Source: an uncultured virus (IMG/VR IMGVR_UViG_2860841867_000002)
Lineage: Duplodnaviria > Heunggongvirae > Uroviricota > Caudoviricetes
Length of the DNA stretch: 64,000 bases
Strand: one strand, 5' to 3'
Virus record (IMG/VR): IMGVR_UViG_2860841867_000002
Coordinates: 1 to 64,000 of that record
Position 1 is the stretch's first letter; the number at the start of each line of letters is the position of its first letter. A program made the position numbers and the translations under genes. Shown piece by piece: positions 1-8,369 of the stretch. The notes under the pieces are model-generated. The model had not been told where the DNA came from. It searched no databases and saw nothing but the letters and a program-made list of their open reading frames with translations.

Positions 1-1146
1 TCACACTTTCGCGACTAAATCGTCCAATTTTCCGACTAATTCCGCCTGCATCGAAGGCAAAACATGACTGTACGTTCCGAGCGTCGTTTTGATATGTGCG
101 TGGCCTAAACGCTCCTGAACAATCTTCGGACTGATTCCGATACTGATTAAATACGTCGCGTGAGTATGTCGCAAATTCTTCGGAGGGATTTTCGGGAGCT
201 CAAGCTGCGCAATTAACCGAGTAAATGCCCGTCGATAGTTATTCGGATGTACCCACTTACCGTGCTTCGTACACACTACGAGATCATAGTCGATGTAGTC
301 CTCGCCGAGAATTTCTTTTTCGCGCTGGACCATTTTCTTATGTTCGATTAAGTATTCGATAAAGAATTTCGGTAAATGGACGGTCCTGAAGCCCGCCGCA
401 GTTTTGACCTCGGGAACTAATCCGTAATTACCTTCGTCGTCTATCTTAGCGAGAGTTTGTCGAATTGTTAAATAACCCTTTTCGAAGTCTATATCGGACC
501 ACCGCAATCCGAGAACCTCCCCCATTCGCATGCCTGTAATAACGGATAATACCATTCCGATAAAGTAACGAGTTAGTGACACGATACGGTTGCGAGCATC
601 CAAAAACGCTTGTACATTCGACTCGTTCCATACTTTAGAAATGCGATTTTCGGGAGGAAGGTTTACATCGTCAAGGATGGCGAGGTCGAACGCTCCTTTT
701 CGGGAAGCTTTCTTTAAGACTTCGGCGACAACACCGAAAGCTGTCCGGATGGTTGCCGGAGCAAGTTTCCGTTCATTGTGAAGTCGATTAATATAATGCT
801 GCAAGACTTCCTCAGTGATGTCTTTAATTTTAAACGTTCCTAGATATGGAAGTATGTTGTAATCAAGCTGCTCGCGGTAATTGACGATTGTACTTGATCG
901 AAGTCTAACCTTTTTCGATTCAAACCATTTTTCAGCGAAGGTACTAAACACGCTTTTATTAGGGTTATGAGAATTTTTTTCCTTATCCACCTCTATTATG
1001 ACCTGCTTTAAAACCTCTTTCGCCTCTCGTAGACTCGACATTCCTTGCCTTCTTTTTTGAATTCTAGCACCAGTTATCGGGTGAACCCCGCCAGAATATA
1101 CAAAATAATATTTTCCGGTTTTATCGTCTTTCTTAATCACTGTCAT
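1..1146 (-). CDS. int: Tyrosine integrase
   Basis: N-terminal arm-binding region, TGMRMGEVLGLRWSDIDF, KNLRHTHAT, RLGH...TY motifs; ATG at 1146 has GGAG upstream (track start 1155). Confidence 0.95.
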   Translation of the reverse strand: MTVIKKDDKTGKYYFVYSGGVHPITGARIQKRRQGMSSLREAKEVLKQVIIEVDKEKNSHNPNKSVFSTFAEKWFESKKVRLRSSTIVNYREQLDYNILPYLGTFKIKDITEEVLQHYINRLHNERKLAPATIRTAFGVVAEVLKKASRKGAFDLAILDDVNLPPENRISKVWNESNVQAFLDARNRIVSLTRYFIGMVLSVITGMRMGEVLGLRWSDIDFEKGYLTIRQTLAKIDDEGNYGLVPEVKTAAGFRTVHLPKFFIEYLIEHKKMVQREKEILGEDYIDYDLVVCTKHGKWVHPNNYRRAFTRLIAQLELPKIPPKNLRHTHATYLISIGISPKIVQERLGHAHIKTTLGTYSHVLPSMQAELVGKLDDLVAKV

Positions 1147-1226
1147 TATCCTCACTCCAATTGAGCGAAAGATTAATGCTAGTTGTGATGTCCTCTATTA
1201 TATCACTATGACCCCTTTTTAGGGAG

Positions 1227-1556
1227 TCACACGTCCTCCAACGCAACCCACACGATCTCCCTGAACGGTATGTCAACGCCTTCAATCCGCAATGTCCCTC
1301 CGACCGGATCAACGGATTCAATCACGCCGCTCACCCTCTCCGCGACCCAATTACGCCAGTAACGGATCTCGCAATCCTGTCCGGTCCTGTACGCGTATTG
1401 TATCTTCGATTCAAAGTCCGACCACTGCTCCGGATCAATCGATGGCTTCCGCTCATATGCGTGATCAATTTCGGATTTAAGTTTCCGGAGACTAGCGATG
1501 TGCTCCGGCAAGAATATAGACGTCCATTTCATCGTCCCTCTATCGCGTAATGTCAT
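1227..1556 (-). CDS. YolD-like protein
   Basis: LRDRGTMKW...LPEH N-terminal signature; LexA box upstream. Confidence 0.85.
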   Translation of the reverse strand: MTLRDRGTMKWTSIFLPEHIASLRKLKSEIDHAYERKPSIDPEQWSDFESKIQYAYRTGQDCEIRYWRNWVAERVSGVIESVDPVGGTLRIEGVDIPFREIVWVALEDV

Positions 1557-1606
1557 TCGTGGTTCCTCCTTCGGTCCTATTCGTTATCTATGACGAAAGT
1601 ATAACA

Positions 1607-1620
1607 CGAACAAATGTTCT
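1607..1620. promoter_or_regulatory. LexA (Cheo) SOS box inside the promoter of the yolD-like gene
   Basis: CGAAC-AAAT-GTTCT matches GAAC-N4-GTTC; lies between minus-strand TTGCGT (-35) and TATACT (-10). Confidence 0.85.
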
Positions 1621-1628
1621 TACGCAAT

Positions 1629-2447
1629 CTATTCCGCTTGGAGGAACGTTTCGAACTCCGCTAATAGCCCAACGTTTTTAACGCGATTTTCACGGGCTTT
1701 TACCGTCCATGCGGCTTGTCGGAAGCTAGCGTATAGGTAGTCGTCAAAGCGTCTAATTTTCCGCTGTTTTCGTTTGAGAATCGCTGCATGCCACGCTTCA
1801 ACGAATGGCTGCGGATGTTCTTCGATGATCAACGTTGGGTCTACGCTTGCCTTAGCCCGCAGTAAGATGCCGTAGTATTTATAAATTTCGTCTGCGTCGA
1901 AGTAGCGCGCCATTGCGGAGTAGATTTCGTTTGGTAACGCATTTTTAAGACCGCAGGCCGGCACCGTATCTATTACGTGATTTTTTGAAAGATTTATAGA
2001 ATCCGATGGTTCATTCGTAATTTTAGGCGCTTCATCCGTTGGCTCCGTTGGCTTTTCGGCATCCTCACGCGTGGTCATTGTCGACTGGTCATCTTCGGAC
2101 AGTTGCGTGTCCTCGACTCTTCTTCCGACCGGGAGAATGACGATAATATTTGCGCCGTGGCCGCCGTTTATTTTCCGTGTTGTCGCGACCTTCTGGATGA
2201 TCGAAAGTGATGCGAGTTTGTTGACGGCACGACGCGCTGTCTTGACGGACTTTCCGATCAGGTCCGCGAGTGTCTCCGCTTTGAGATGCGCTGCGCCGGC
2301 GAACTTGACCGCATAGCGAGCGATCGTCTTCAGCGTGAACCGGTCGGTGTCGTTTAATTCGTATGTATTGCGCTTGATGTGTTCGTAGACAGCCGCGTTG
2401 AGTTCGGCCGTCGAGTCGAACGTTTGGTGTTCCGCTAAATAATGCAT
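1629..2447 (-). CDS. Helix-turn-helix protein, replication-initiator-like
   Basis: AETLADLIGKSVKTARRAVNKL winged HTH, then low-complexity linker and helical C-terminal domain. Confidence 0.6.
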   Translation of the reverse strand: MHYLAEHQTFDSTAELNAAVYEHIKRNTYELNDTDRFTLKTIARYAVKFAGAAHLKAETLADLIGKSVKTARRAVNKLASLSIIQKVATTRKINGGHGANIIVILPVGRRVEDTQLSEDDQSTMTTREDAEKPTEPTDEAPKITNEPSDSINLSKNHVIDTVPACGLKNALPNEIYSAMARYFDADEIYKYYGILLRAKASVDPTLIIEEHPQPFVEAWHAAILKRKQRKIRRFDDYLYASFRQAAWTVKARENRVKNVGLLAEFETFLQAE

Positions 2448-2486
2448 AATGATTCCGCCTTTACGTATCGTTTGTTAATACGTATT

Positions 2487-2560
2487 TTACGTTTATGCGT
2501 AATACTAGTCAACGATTATTTTCGTTTTTGCGTAAATTTCTTTTTTACGTATTTACGAAA
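2487..2560. promoter_or_regulatory. Three palindromic operator-like sites TT(A/T)CG-N6-CG(T/A)AA
   Basis: Copies at 2487-2502, 2520-2535 and 2545-2560 between divergent HTH genes. Confidence 0.6.
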
Positions 2561-2606
2561 ACACTTTCGTGCATTATAATTAAATAAAACGATTGGAGGC
2601 AGAACG

Positions 2607-2822
2607 ATGAGACGAGTAGTTCTACGAATCGATAAGCTAATGGATCGCTACGGACTAAATCAGGGTGAATTCGCCGAAAAGGTCGGGATCAGACCAGCCG
2701 CAATTTCGCAACTTTCTCGAAACCATGTTGTCCGCGTTTCAATCGACCACTTAGAACGAATTGTAAATACGTTTGAGATTGATGATGTTCGGGAAATTAT
2801 CGAAATAGAAAAGGACAGGTAA
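2607..2822 (+). CDS. Xre/Cro-like HTH regulator
   Basis: LNQGEFAEKVGIRPAAISQL; strong GGAGG RBS. Confidence 0.9.
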   Translation: MRRVVLRIDKLMDRYGLNQGEFAEKVGIRPAAISQLSRNHVVRVSIDHLERIVNTFEIDDVREIIEIEKDR

Positions 2823-2885
2823 ACAGTAACACTTGCATTCGAATTTAATGTATACTAATAGTAATAAATTACTAAGGAGAATTTC

Positions 2886-4400
2886 ATGAATCATAATTTT
2901 ATACTTATTGATTTCTTAGACGAAGTTAGATCCGGAATGGCTCTCGCAACCGAAAGACGTGCTAATATGGTTGCTACAGAGCGGGGAGAAGTCTCGTTTC
3001 TAACTCTTAATTTTCAAAATAACCACGAACACATTATCTCTAGAATGAAAGAAAGAGGGAGACTCGCGGAGAATATCAAGGTATACAATTTTCACGAGCA
3101 CTTCTACAACTTACCTGAGCGCATCTCTAATAAGGATAAATCTCCTGAGCTTGGGTTGGTCGAGGATGGGCTTTCTCACTATATAGATGAACGCCCTAAT
3201 ACAAATGGCTACAGGTACTATGATAAGGACGGGAACTATGTAAAGTACAAACTATTCGACGAAGAAATGAGACTTAAGTTCATTGATTATCGTGACCTTA
3301 ATCTCCAACGTACCCATAGAGTTGAGTATGATCTTAACGGCAGAAAGAGACGTGAGATTAGATACAACCTTCAGAACAACAAACCTGCGTTTGAAAAATA
3401 TTATGATATTAATGAGGAATGTTATTTATCTGTTTGGGTAAATTCTTCAGGGAAGAGAACGAAGTGTGTTATTCACGCTGGAATTAACAAAGCATTTAAT
3501 CATATAACTGATGCGCACGTCTATTGGGTTGAGTCTGTTCTAAAAGATTACACGAATCCGTTTTTAATGCTTGATGAATTGGGATTACTAGATGTTTTCC
3601 GTAAGGTGAGCAACGATTGTTATAAAATCGTAACCTTGCATAATACGCATCTTGATAAGCCACACGTTAAAGGATCTCCATATAGGCGCGTGTATAAAGA
3701 GATATTTGATCACAGGGATGAATTCGATGCGATTGTTTTCTTAACTGAAGAACAAAAAAGGGATGTCGAGGAAGACTACGGTAAGGATAAACGATTTGTT
3801 GTAGTTCCTCATGCGGTCACATTGGACAAAGATGAAATACTAGATGAATCAATTGAGCGAAATCCTAAATCAGCCATAACACTAGCTCGCTTGGAGGACA
3901 GCAAAAATATCGCGGACGGAATTCGAGCTTTCCGTATTGTAGTCGATACTATTAAAGAAGCCGAGTATCACATCTTTGGTTATGGAAAAGAGAAAGAAAA
4001 TTTACAAGCGTTAATAAAGGAGTTAAAACTCGAAAACAATGTTTATATTCACGGGTTCACCCATAACGTTAATAGAGAAATCCAAAAACATGGATTGTCT
4101 ATTATGACGTCCCGTTTTGAAGGCTTTTGTCTAGTGATCATGGAGAGTCTAGCCAACCAAACGCCAGTAGTTAGTTACCGGACGAAGTACGGACCGGAAA
4201 CACTTATCAGAGACGGAAAAGACGGATACCTAACAGAATACAATAACTACGAAGAAGTTGCGGAAAAAGTAATTGAATTAATGTTGGACAGCAAGAAACA
4301 GAAAAAGTTCGCGAAAAATTCATTGGATGTGTACAAGCGGTTTAGTTATGCTCGTTATAAGAAGAATTGGTTAGGCCTGTTTAAACAACTTTCGAAGTAA
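2886..4400 (+). CDS. GT4 glycosyltransferase, TagE/GtfA-like
   Basis: ARLEDSKN, TSRFEGFCLVIMESLA, YGPETLIRDGKDGYL; N-terminal beta-meander-like extension; AT-rich and opposite in orientation to the late operon. Confidence 0.85.
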   Translation: MNHNFILIDFLDEVRSGMALATERRANMVATERGEVSFLTLNFQNNHEHIISRMKERGRLAENIKVYNFHEHFYNLPERISNKDKSPELGLVEDGLSHYIDERPNTNGYRYYDKDGNYVKYKLFDEEMRLKFIDYRDLNLQRTHRVEYDLNGRKRREIRYNLQNNKPAFEKYYDINEECYLSVWVNSSGKRTKCVIHAGINKAFNHITDAHVYWVESVLKDYTNPFLMLDELGLLDVFRKVSNDCYKIVTLHNTHLDKPHVKGSPYRRVYKEIFDHRDEFDAIVFLTEEQKRDVEEDYGKDKRFVVVPHAVTLDKDEILDESIERNPKSAITLARLEDSKNIADGIRAFRIVVDTIKEAEYHIFGYGKEKENLQALIKELKLENNVYIHGFTHNVNREIQKHGLSIMTSRFEGFCLVIMESLANQTPVVSYRTKYGPETLIRDGKDGYLTEYNNYEEVAEKVIELMLDSKKQKKFAKNSLDVYKRFSYARYKKNWLGLFKQLSK

Positions 4401-4420
4401 CAACGCGAGGAGAGAATAAA

Positions 4421-4687
4421 ATGTCTATTATTAAACAAAAATACAGTGATGTAATCGTAGTTCCGTCTGGTAGCGAATTAGTTTCTCTACAAAGCGAGAG
4501 AGACGAACTATACCTTTATTTCAACACCACAGAAAATCATAGCTCTGATGTCTATAACATTAAATTGTATGGTGAAACAGAGAAAGAAAGCGTTCTTGGG
4601 TCACCTTCGTATAAAGGAAGTATTCTGCATAAGGATGAAATGGTGTATGTAGCAGCCGATAAAATCGGCGAAAATGAGATATATTAA
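4421..4687 (+). CDS. Hypothetical protein, probably co-transcribed with the glycosyltransferase
   Basis: GAGGAG RBS; followed by a terminator. Confidence 0.7.
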   Translation: MSIIKQKYSDVIVVPSGSELVSLQSERDELYLYFNTTENHSSDVYNIKLYGETEKESVLGSPSYKGSILHKDEMVYVAADKIGENEIY

Positions 4688-4695
4688 AGAAAGAA

Positions 4696-4726
4696 AAAAA
4701 CTCTACCGGATAAGGGTAGAGTTTTT
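4696..4726. terminator. Bidirectional intrinsic terminator
   Basis: AAAAACTCTACC-ggataag-GGTAGAGTTTTT between convergent genes. Confidence 0.85.
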
Positions 4727-5042
4727 ATTTATCCTTTATCCAGTCTATCGCTATGTTTTGTTTACATTTTCGACAGCTTGCGTTATGTTTTCCGTATAGA
4801 ATAATATTCTTTTTGAATCCGCAACGAGGGCATTCGAACTGCTCACTGCCCGTAAATGCTCCGACTAAGAAGAGGAGTCCGATGCCGCCTAAACCTATTC
4901 CTGGCAGTATACCGATAATAGTAACGAACAATATTATGCTGATCAACAACAAGAACAATCCAATTAGGCCTGAAAGAACGCGAGGAATTATACGCCCAAC
5001 CGACATCCGCCTCTTCAGTACTTCTACACGTACGAAATCCAT
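4725..5042 (-). CDS. Membrane protein with C-terminal zinc ribbon
   Basis: Two hydrophobic segments, then CPRC...CRKC. Confidence 0.7.
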   Translation of the reverse strand: MDFVRVEVLKRRMSVGRIIPRVLSGLIGLFLLLISIILFVTIIGILPGIGLGGIGLLFLVGAFTGSEQFECPRCGFKKNIILYGKHNASCRKCKQNIAIDWIKDK

Positions 5043-5130
5043 TCGATCAACCTCCGTTATTTATATTATAGCTGATTTATGTATACGAGCACCTACGAAT
5101 TTATACGCAGGCGCCCGCCAAAAGTTCCGC

Positions 5131-5388
5131 TTACTTAGTCGTTCCTTCACGTTTTGCGCCGATCTCGAAAAGACCCGTCGCAGCCAGTCCCGCAAAACCG
5201 CCGGCCCACAACCGCAATACTAGTTCGAGGTCCGTAAACGGATAGGCCACGGCTCCGAGTGCGATTCCCAAAACGAAGCTGACCGCAGGCACAACATTGG
5301 TCGGCATGTTAATCGTTTTCTTAACAAGTTGAACAAGCGCCGTTAGGATGGGCGCCAACACTGTCGCAAATAATAATACTTCTTCCAT
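5131..5388 (-). CDS. Holin
   Basis: 85 aa with 2-3 TM segments, AGLAATGLFE motif, adjacent to endolysin. Confidence 0.85.
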   Translation of the reverse strand: MEEVLLFATVLAPILTALVQLVKKTINMPTNVVPAVSFVLGIALGAVAYPFTDLELVLRLWAGGFAGLAATGLFEIGAKREGTTK

Positions 5389-5409
5389 TTATATCGTCTC
5401 CCTTTTCTG

Positions 5410-6345
5410 TTATTTAATAGTTGCGCCAGTTGATTTCGCCGCGTAGATATTCACTTTTCCGAACTGATCCGTCTTGATTGTATAGACGTCCGTTTGAGGG
5501 TTCGCAAGGATCTCGTATTTAAGACCGCCAAATTTCTTCGGCCGCAAGAATCCGCATTCGTTCCCTTTGACCGGCGCTTTGTTAGTCGGATAGATGCGCC
5601 ATGAGTCGGCAGATGCCGGAAGATATACGCATTTCTTACCGCTTGATGACGGTTTGGAACCGCTGCTTCCCGTAAGATTCAGAACCTGGCCGACCATGAT
5701 TTTGTTCGGATTTTTAATACCGTTATAGGACTGGAGTTTCGCCACACTAACGCCTGTTTTAACCGCGATTTCCGAAAGCGTGTCGCCTTTCTTTACGGTA
5801 TACGTCTTACCGGATGCTTTCGGTGCTGATTTCGCAGGGCTAGACGACTTTCCTCCGAGCGCCTTCAATTCCGTAGCGATGGCCGCTTTCACCGCATCCC
5901 AACGCCCCTCATCGAGTACACGGTGCGGGCAGTATTTTCCGCTCCAATCCTGGTGTTTTTTAACGCGATCAACGCCCCAACCGCGCTCTTTTAAAAGCTG
6001 AGCGATGAATTTAATCGCAAGTTTTTCGGCCGCTTTATACTTAGCGCCGCCTGATTTCGAATAGCAAACCTCGACACCGATAGATGAACGGTTGCCTGGT
6101 CCGTTGCCGTCTCCGCAATGCCATGCGTTACGGTTTGTCGGAATCCCCTGAACGACCTCTTTATCGTCTACCGCAAAGTGATACGATACTTGGTTGTTAT
6201 TGCGGATCATGTACGCAATTTCATTCGCTGCTGAAGCGTCGTTCGCCGTATTGTGAAACGTAATGTACTTCGCATCCATTGAATACGGACACTTAACGGA
6301 ATACTTACTTGACGCGACGAGGTTTTTCTTGACTGAAATCGCCAT
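5410..6345 (-). CDS. N-acetylmuramoyl-L-alanine amidase endolysin with LysM (XlyA-like)
   Basis: [30 protein letters not shown]; Lys[14 protein letters not shown]. Confidence 0.95.
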   Translation of the reverse strand: MAISVKKNLVASSKYSVKCPYSMDAKYITFHNTANDASAANEIAYMIRNNNQVSYHFAVDDKEVVQGIPTNRNAWHCGDGNGPGNRSSIGVEVCYSKSGGAKYKAAEKLAIKFIAQLLKERGWGVDRVKKHQDWSGKYCPHRVLDEGRWDAVKAAIATELKALGGKSSSPAKSAPKASGKTYTVKKGDTLSEIAVKTGVSVAKLQSYNGIKNPNKIMVGQVLNLTGSSGSKPSSSGKKCVYLPASADSWRIYPTNKAPVKGNECGFLRPKKFGGLKYEILANPQTDVYTIKTDQFGKVNIYAAKSTGATIK

Positions 6346-6414
6346 TTAATCGTCTCCCTTTTCGTTAATTTTGCGCATATAAAAAGCCCGCCGGACTCTC
6401 ACCGAACGGGCGTG

Positions 6415-6618
6415 TTATTCTCTTCCGCGAAACTTCTCTTCGAGCCTATCGAGCTTGTCGATAATGACGTCGTATTTATCGCTGAATTTATCGAGTAGAT
6501 CCTGTAGCCGCGATTCACGTTCACGATTCGATTTCATGACGTAAATTAGCAGCCACGTAAAAAGGACCGCGAACGGCCCTTGCGTTAAAAAATATTTGAT
6601 TACGTCCAGCTCGCCCAA
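6415..6618 (-). CDS. BhlA/UviB-family holin-like protein
   Basis: TQGPFAVLFTWLLIYVMK...RESRL signature. Confidence 0.9.
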   Translation of the reverse strand: MGELDVIKYFLTQGPFAVLFTWLLIYVMKSNRERESRLQDLLDKFSDKYDVIIDKLDRLEEKFRGRE

Positions 6619-6621
6619 TGA

Positions 6622-6816
6622 CTACGCCTCCTGTTCGCTATTAGTTACGTTCTCGTCTTCGTTTGGCGGCGAATCAGGATCGTAAGGATCTCCGGTAATT
6701 TCCTCGTATTGTTCCGGCGTGATCCGTCCGGCAGCCACAACGTCATGCACTTGCTTTTTCGTCCAAAGACCGTCTTCATAGAACCCTTTAATATACGTGT
6801 ACCAATCGATTGGCAT
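6622..6816 (-). CDS. XkdX-family protein
   Basis: ITPEQYEEITG motif. Confidence 0.85.
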   Translation of the reverse strand: MPIDWYTYIKGFYEDGLWTKKQVHDVVAAGRITPEQYEEITGDPYDPDSPPNEDENVTNSEQEA

Positions 6817-7110
6817 TTACGAACCTCCTAACGCGATTAAGTAGTATAAATCCGCCACTTGTTTCCGGAGAACTTCCATTTCTGACGGTCCGGGATCAGG
6901 CGGTTGGAGACTATCGATATACTCTTGCGTGGCCGTTTCTCGCCACTCTGATTTGTCTTTATCGAATACAGGTTTATACATACCGGCACCGCCGGGATTA
7001 ACCGGAGGGATATCCGTGTAGCCTTTCGGAATATCCTCTCCGTCATTGATGATCTTATTTTCAGACGGCACATAATTCATTTTGCTGTCGTATTTGTATA
7101 TTTGTTTCAT
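6817..7110 (-). CDS. Tail-fibre-associated small protein
   Basis: YTDIPP...YKPVFD...W, C-terminal helix; lies before xkdX-like gene. Confidence 0.65.
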   Translation of the reverse strand: MKQIYKYDSKMNYVPSENKIINDGEDIPKGYTDIPPVNPGGAGMYKPVFDKDKSEWRETATQEYIDSLQPPDPGPSEMEVLRKQVADLYYLIALGGS

Positions 7111-7125
7111 TTGATAACAGCTCCT

Positions 7126-8349
7126 CTACAATGCTTTAAATGAGAAATCAAATCGAATATAATTTGTATTGCTTGATACGTTCTCAACTACTACTTCACC
7201 AGTCGCCCTAAAGAGCAACCTAGCCACCTGCGCGGTACCCGACGCTATTTGGATGCAACCCATATCGCGAATCGGACGCATGTTTTCCGGAAGTGTGAAA
7301 ACTGTCGTTCCAGTAACGCCTCCTTTTGCTGCCCCTCGCACCCATACCGTTTTCGTCGCGTCAATTCCGAAGACTACATCTTCGCCGCCGTTGTAGTGAG
7401 CCCAGCCGTTCTGCAAAGTCGCAACAACCCACGAAAAGTTAGATACGTAAGTCTTGGCATCAGAAAGAGCCTTATCCGCTTTTTCCTGCGCGCCCGTCGT
7501 CGTTTCCTTAGCGTTCCAGGCAATGCGCTCATCAGCTGTGATATGCCGGGTAGTATCGTCGTCATGCGCATCAAATTCTTTTTTACTCGCCTGCTGTACG
7601 TCATCTACATTCGATAAACCAATTTGCGCTTTTGTCACATCGTGCGGGTTACTCGTGTCATTGACGTGGCTATCAAACTCTGTTTTCGATGCTTGCTTGA
7701 CGTTATCGACGTTGGACAGGCCGACTTGAGCTTTCGTTACCTTGTGCGGATTGTTCGTCTTGGCTGCGTGTGCATCCGTATAAGCGTTTGCGTTAGCTTC
7801 CGCTGCATCTGCCTTTTCCTGCGCTCCCTCTTTCGTCTCGATCCGGTCGAGATCCGAGAACTTCGCTTTTAATTCGTCGAGCATCACTGTCTCTTCGTCA
7901 TACAGCGCGATGATCAACGCTTTTAACGATTCAAAATCATCGACGTAATATTCCGCAAGAGGTGCGATATTCTGGTCCGCAAGACTTTGCGATACCTCAA
8001 AGCCGAATTTATGCGCAGAGAGTGATTGGCCGTTCGTGTATTTCAAAATTAGCTGGCAGTCGAATTTACCGTACATTTTGATTTCGTCCTCATCCAATAC
8101 GTACTCTGCGACACCATTCAACGGATCGACTATCGTGACGTCCCGTATTCTTTGCTTGCCGCTTGGCGGAACGAGGATTACTTTCCCGGTCACAGCTGAT
8201 AGGGGCAAAGGGATGCCGTCCTTGCGTAAATAAAATATCAACTTTGCCGTATTAATATCTTGCGTCGAAAATATAAAAGCTGAATTATAATTTCCTTCTG
8301 TTATCGGGTTTATATCAAACGTGTAAGAGCCGGTTTTATAAATAGCCAA
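7126..8349 (-). CDS. BppU-family baseplate upper / fibre protein
   Basis: BppU-like N-terminus (FSTQDINTAKLIF); NPHxVTKAQxGLSNVD repeats; C-terminal LQNGW domain. Confidence 0.85.
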   Translation of the reverse strand: MAIYKTGSYTFDINPITEGNYNSAFIFSTQDINTAKLIFYLRKDGIPLPLSAVTGKVILVPPSGKQRIRDVTIVDPLNGVAEYVLDEDEIKMYGKFDCQLILKYTNGQSLSAHKFGFEVSQSLADQNIAPLAEYYVDDFESLKALIIALYDEETVMLDELKAKFSDLDRIETKEGAQEKADAAEANANAYTDAHAAKTNNPHKVTKAQVGLSNVDNVKQASKTEFDSHVNDTSNPHDVTKAQIGLSNVDDVQQASKKEFDAHDDDTTRHITADERIAWNAKETTTGAQEKADKALSDAKTYVSNFSWVVATLQNGWAHYNGGEDVVFGIDATKTVWVRGAAKGGVTGTTVFTLPENMRPIRDMGCIQIASGTAQVARLLFRATGEVVVENVSSNTNYIRFDFSFKAL

Positions 8350-8369
8350 CAGTATTACCTCCCTTTCTT

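Noticed and set aside
1..30. Attachment site
   Set aside because: Window begins at the integrase stop codon; no flanking sequence to identify att
5391..6364. Recurrent ATCGTCTCC(C/T)TTTT motif (also near 29792 and 36545)
   Set aside because: Explained as the reverse complement of a favoured RBS context (AAAAGGGAGACGAT)
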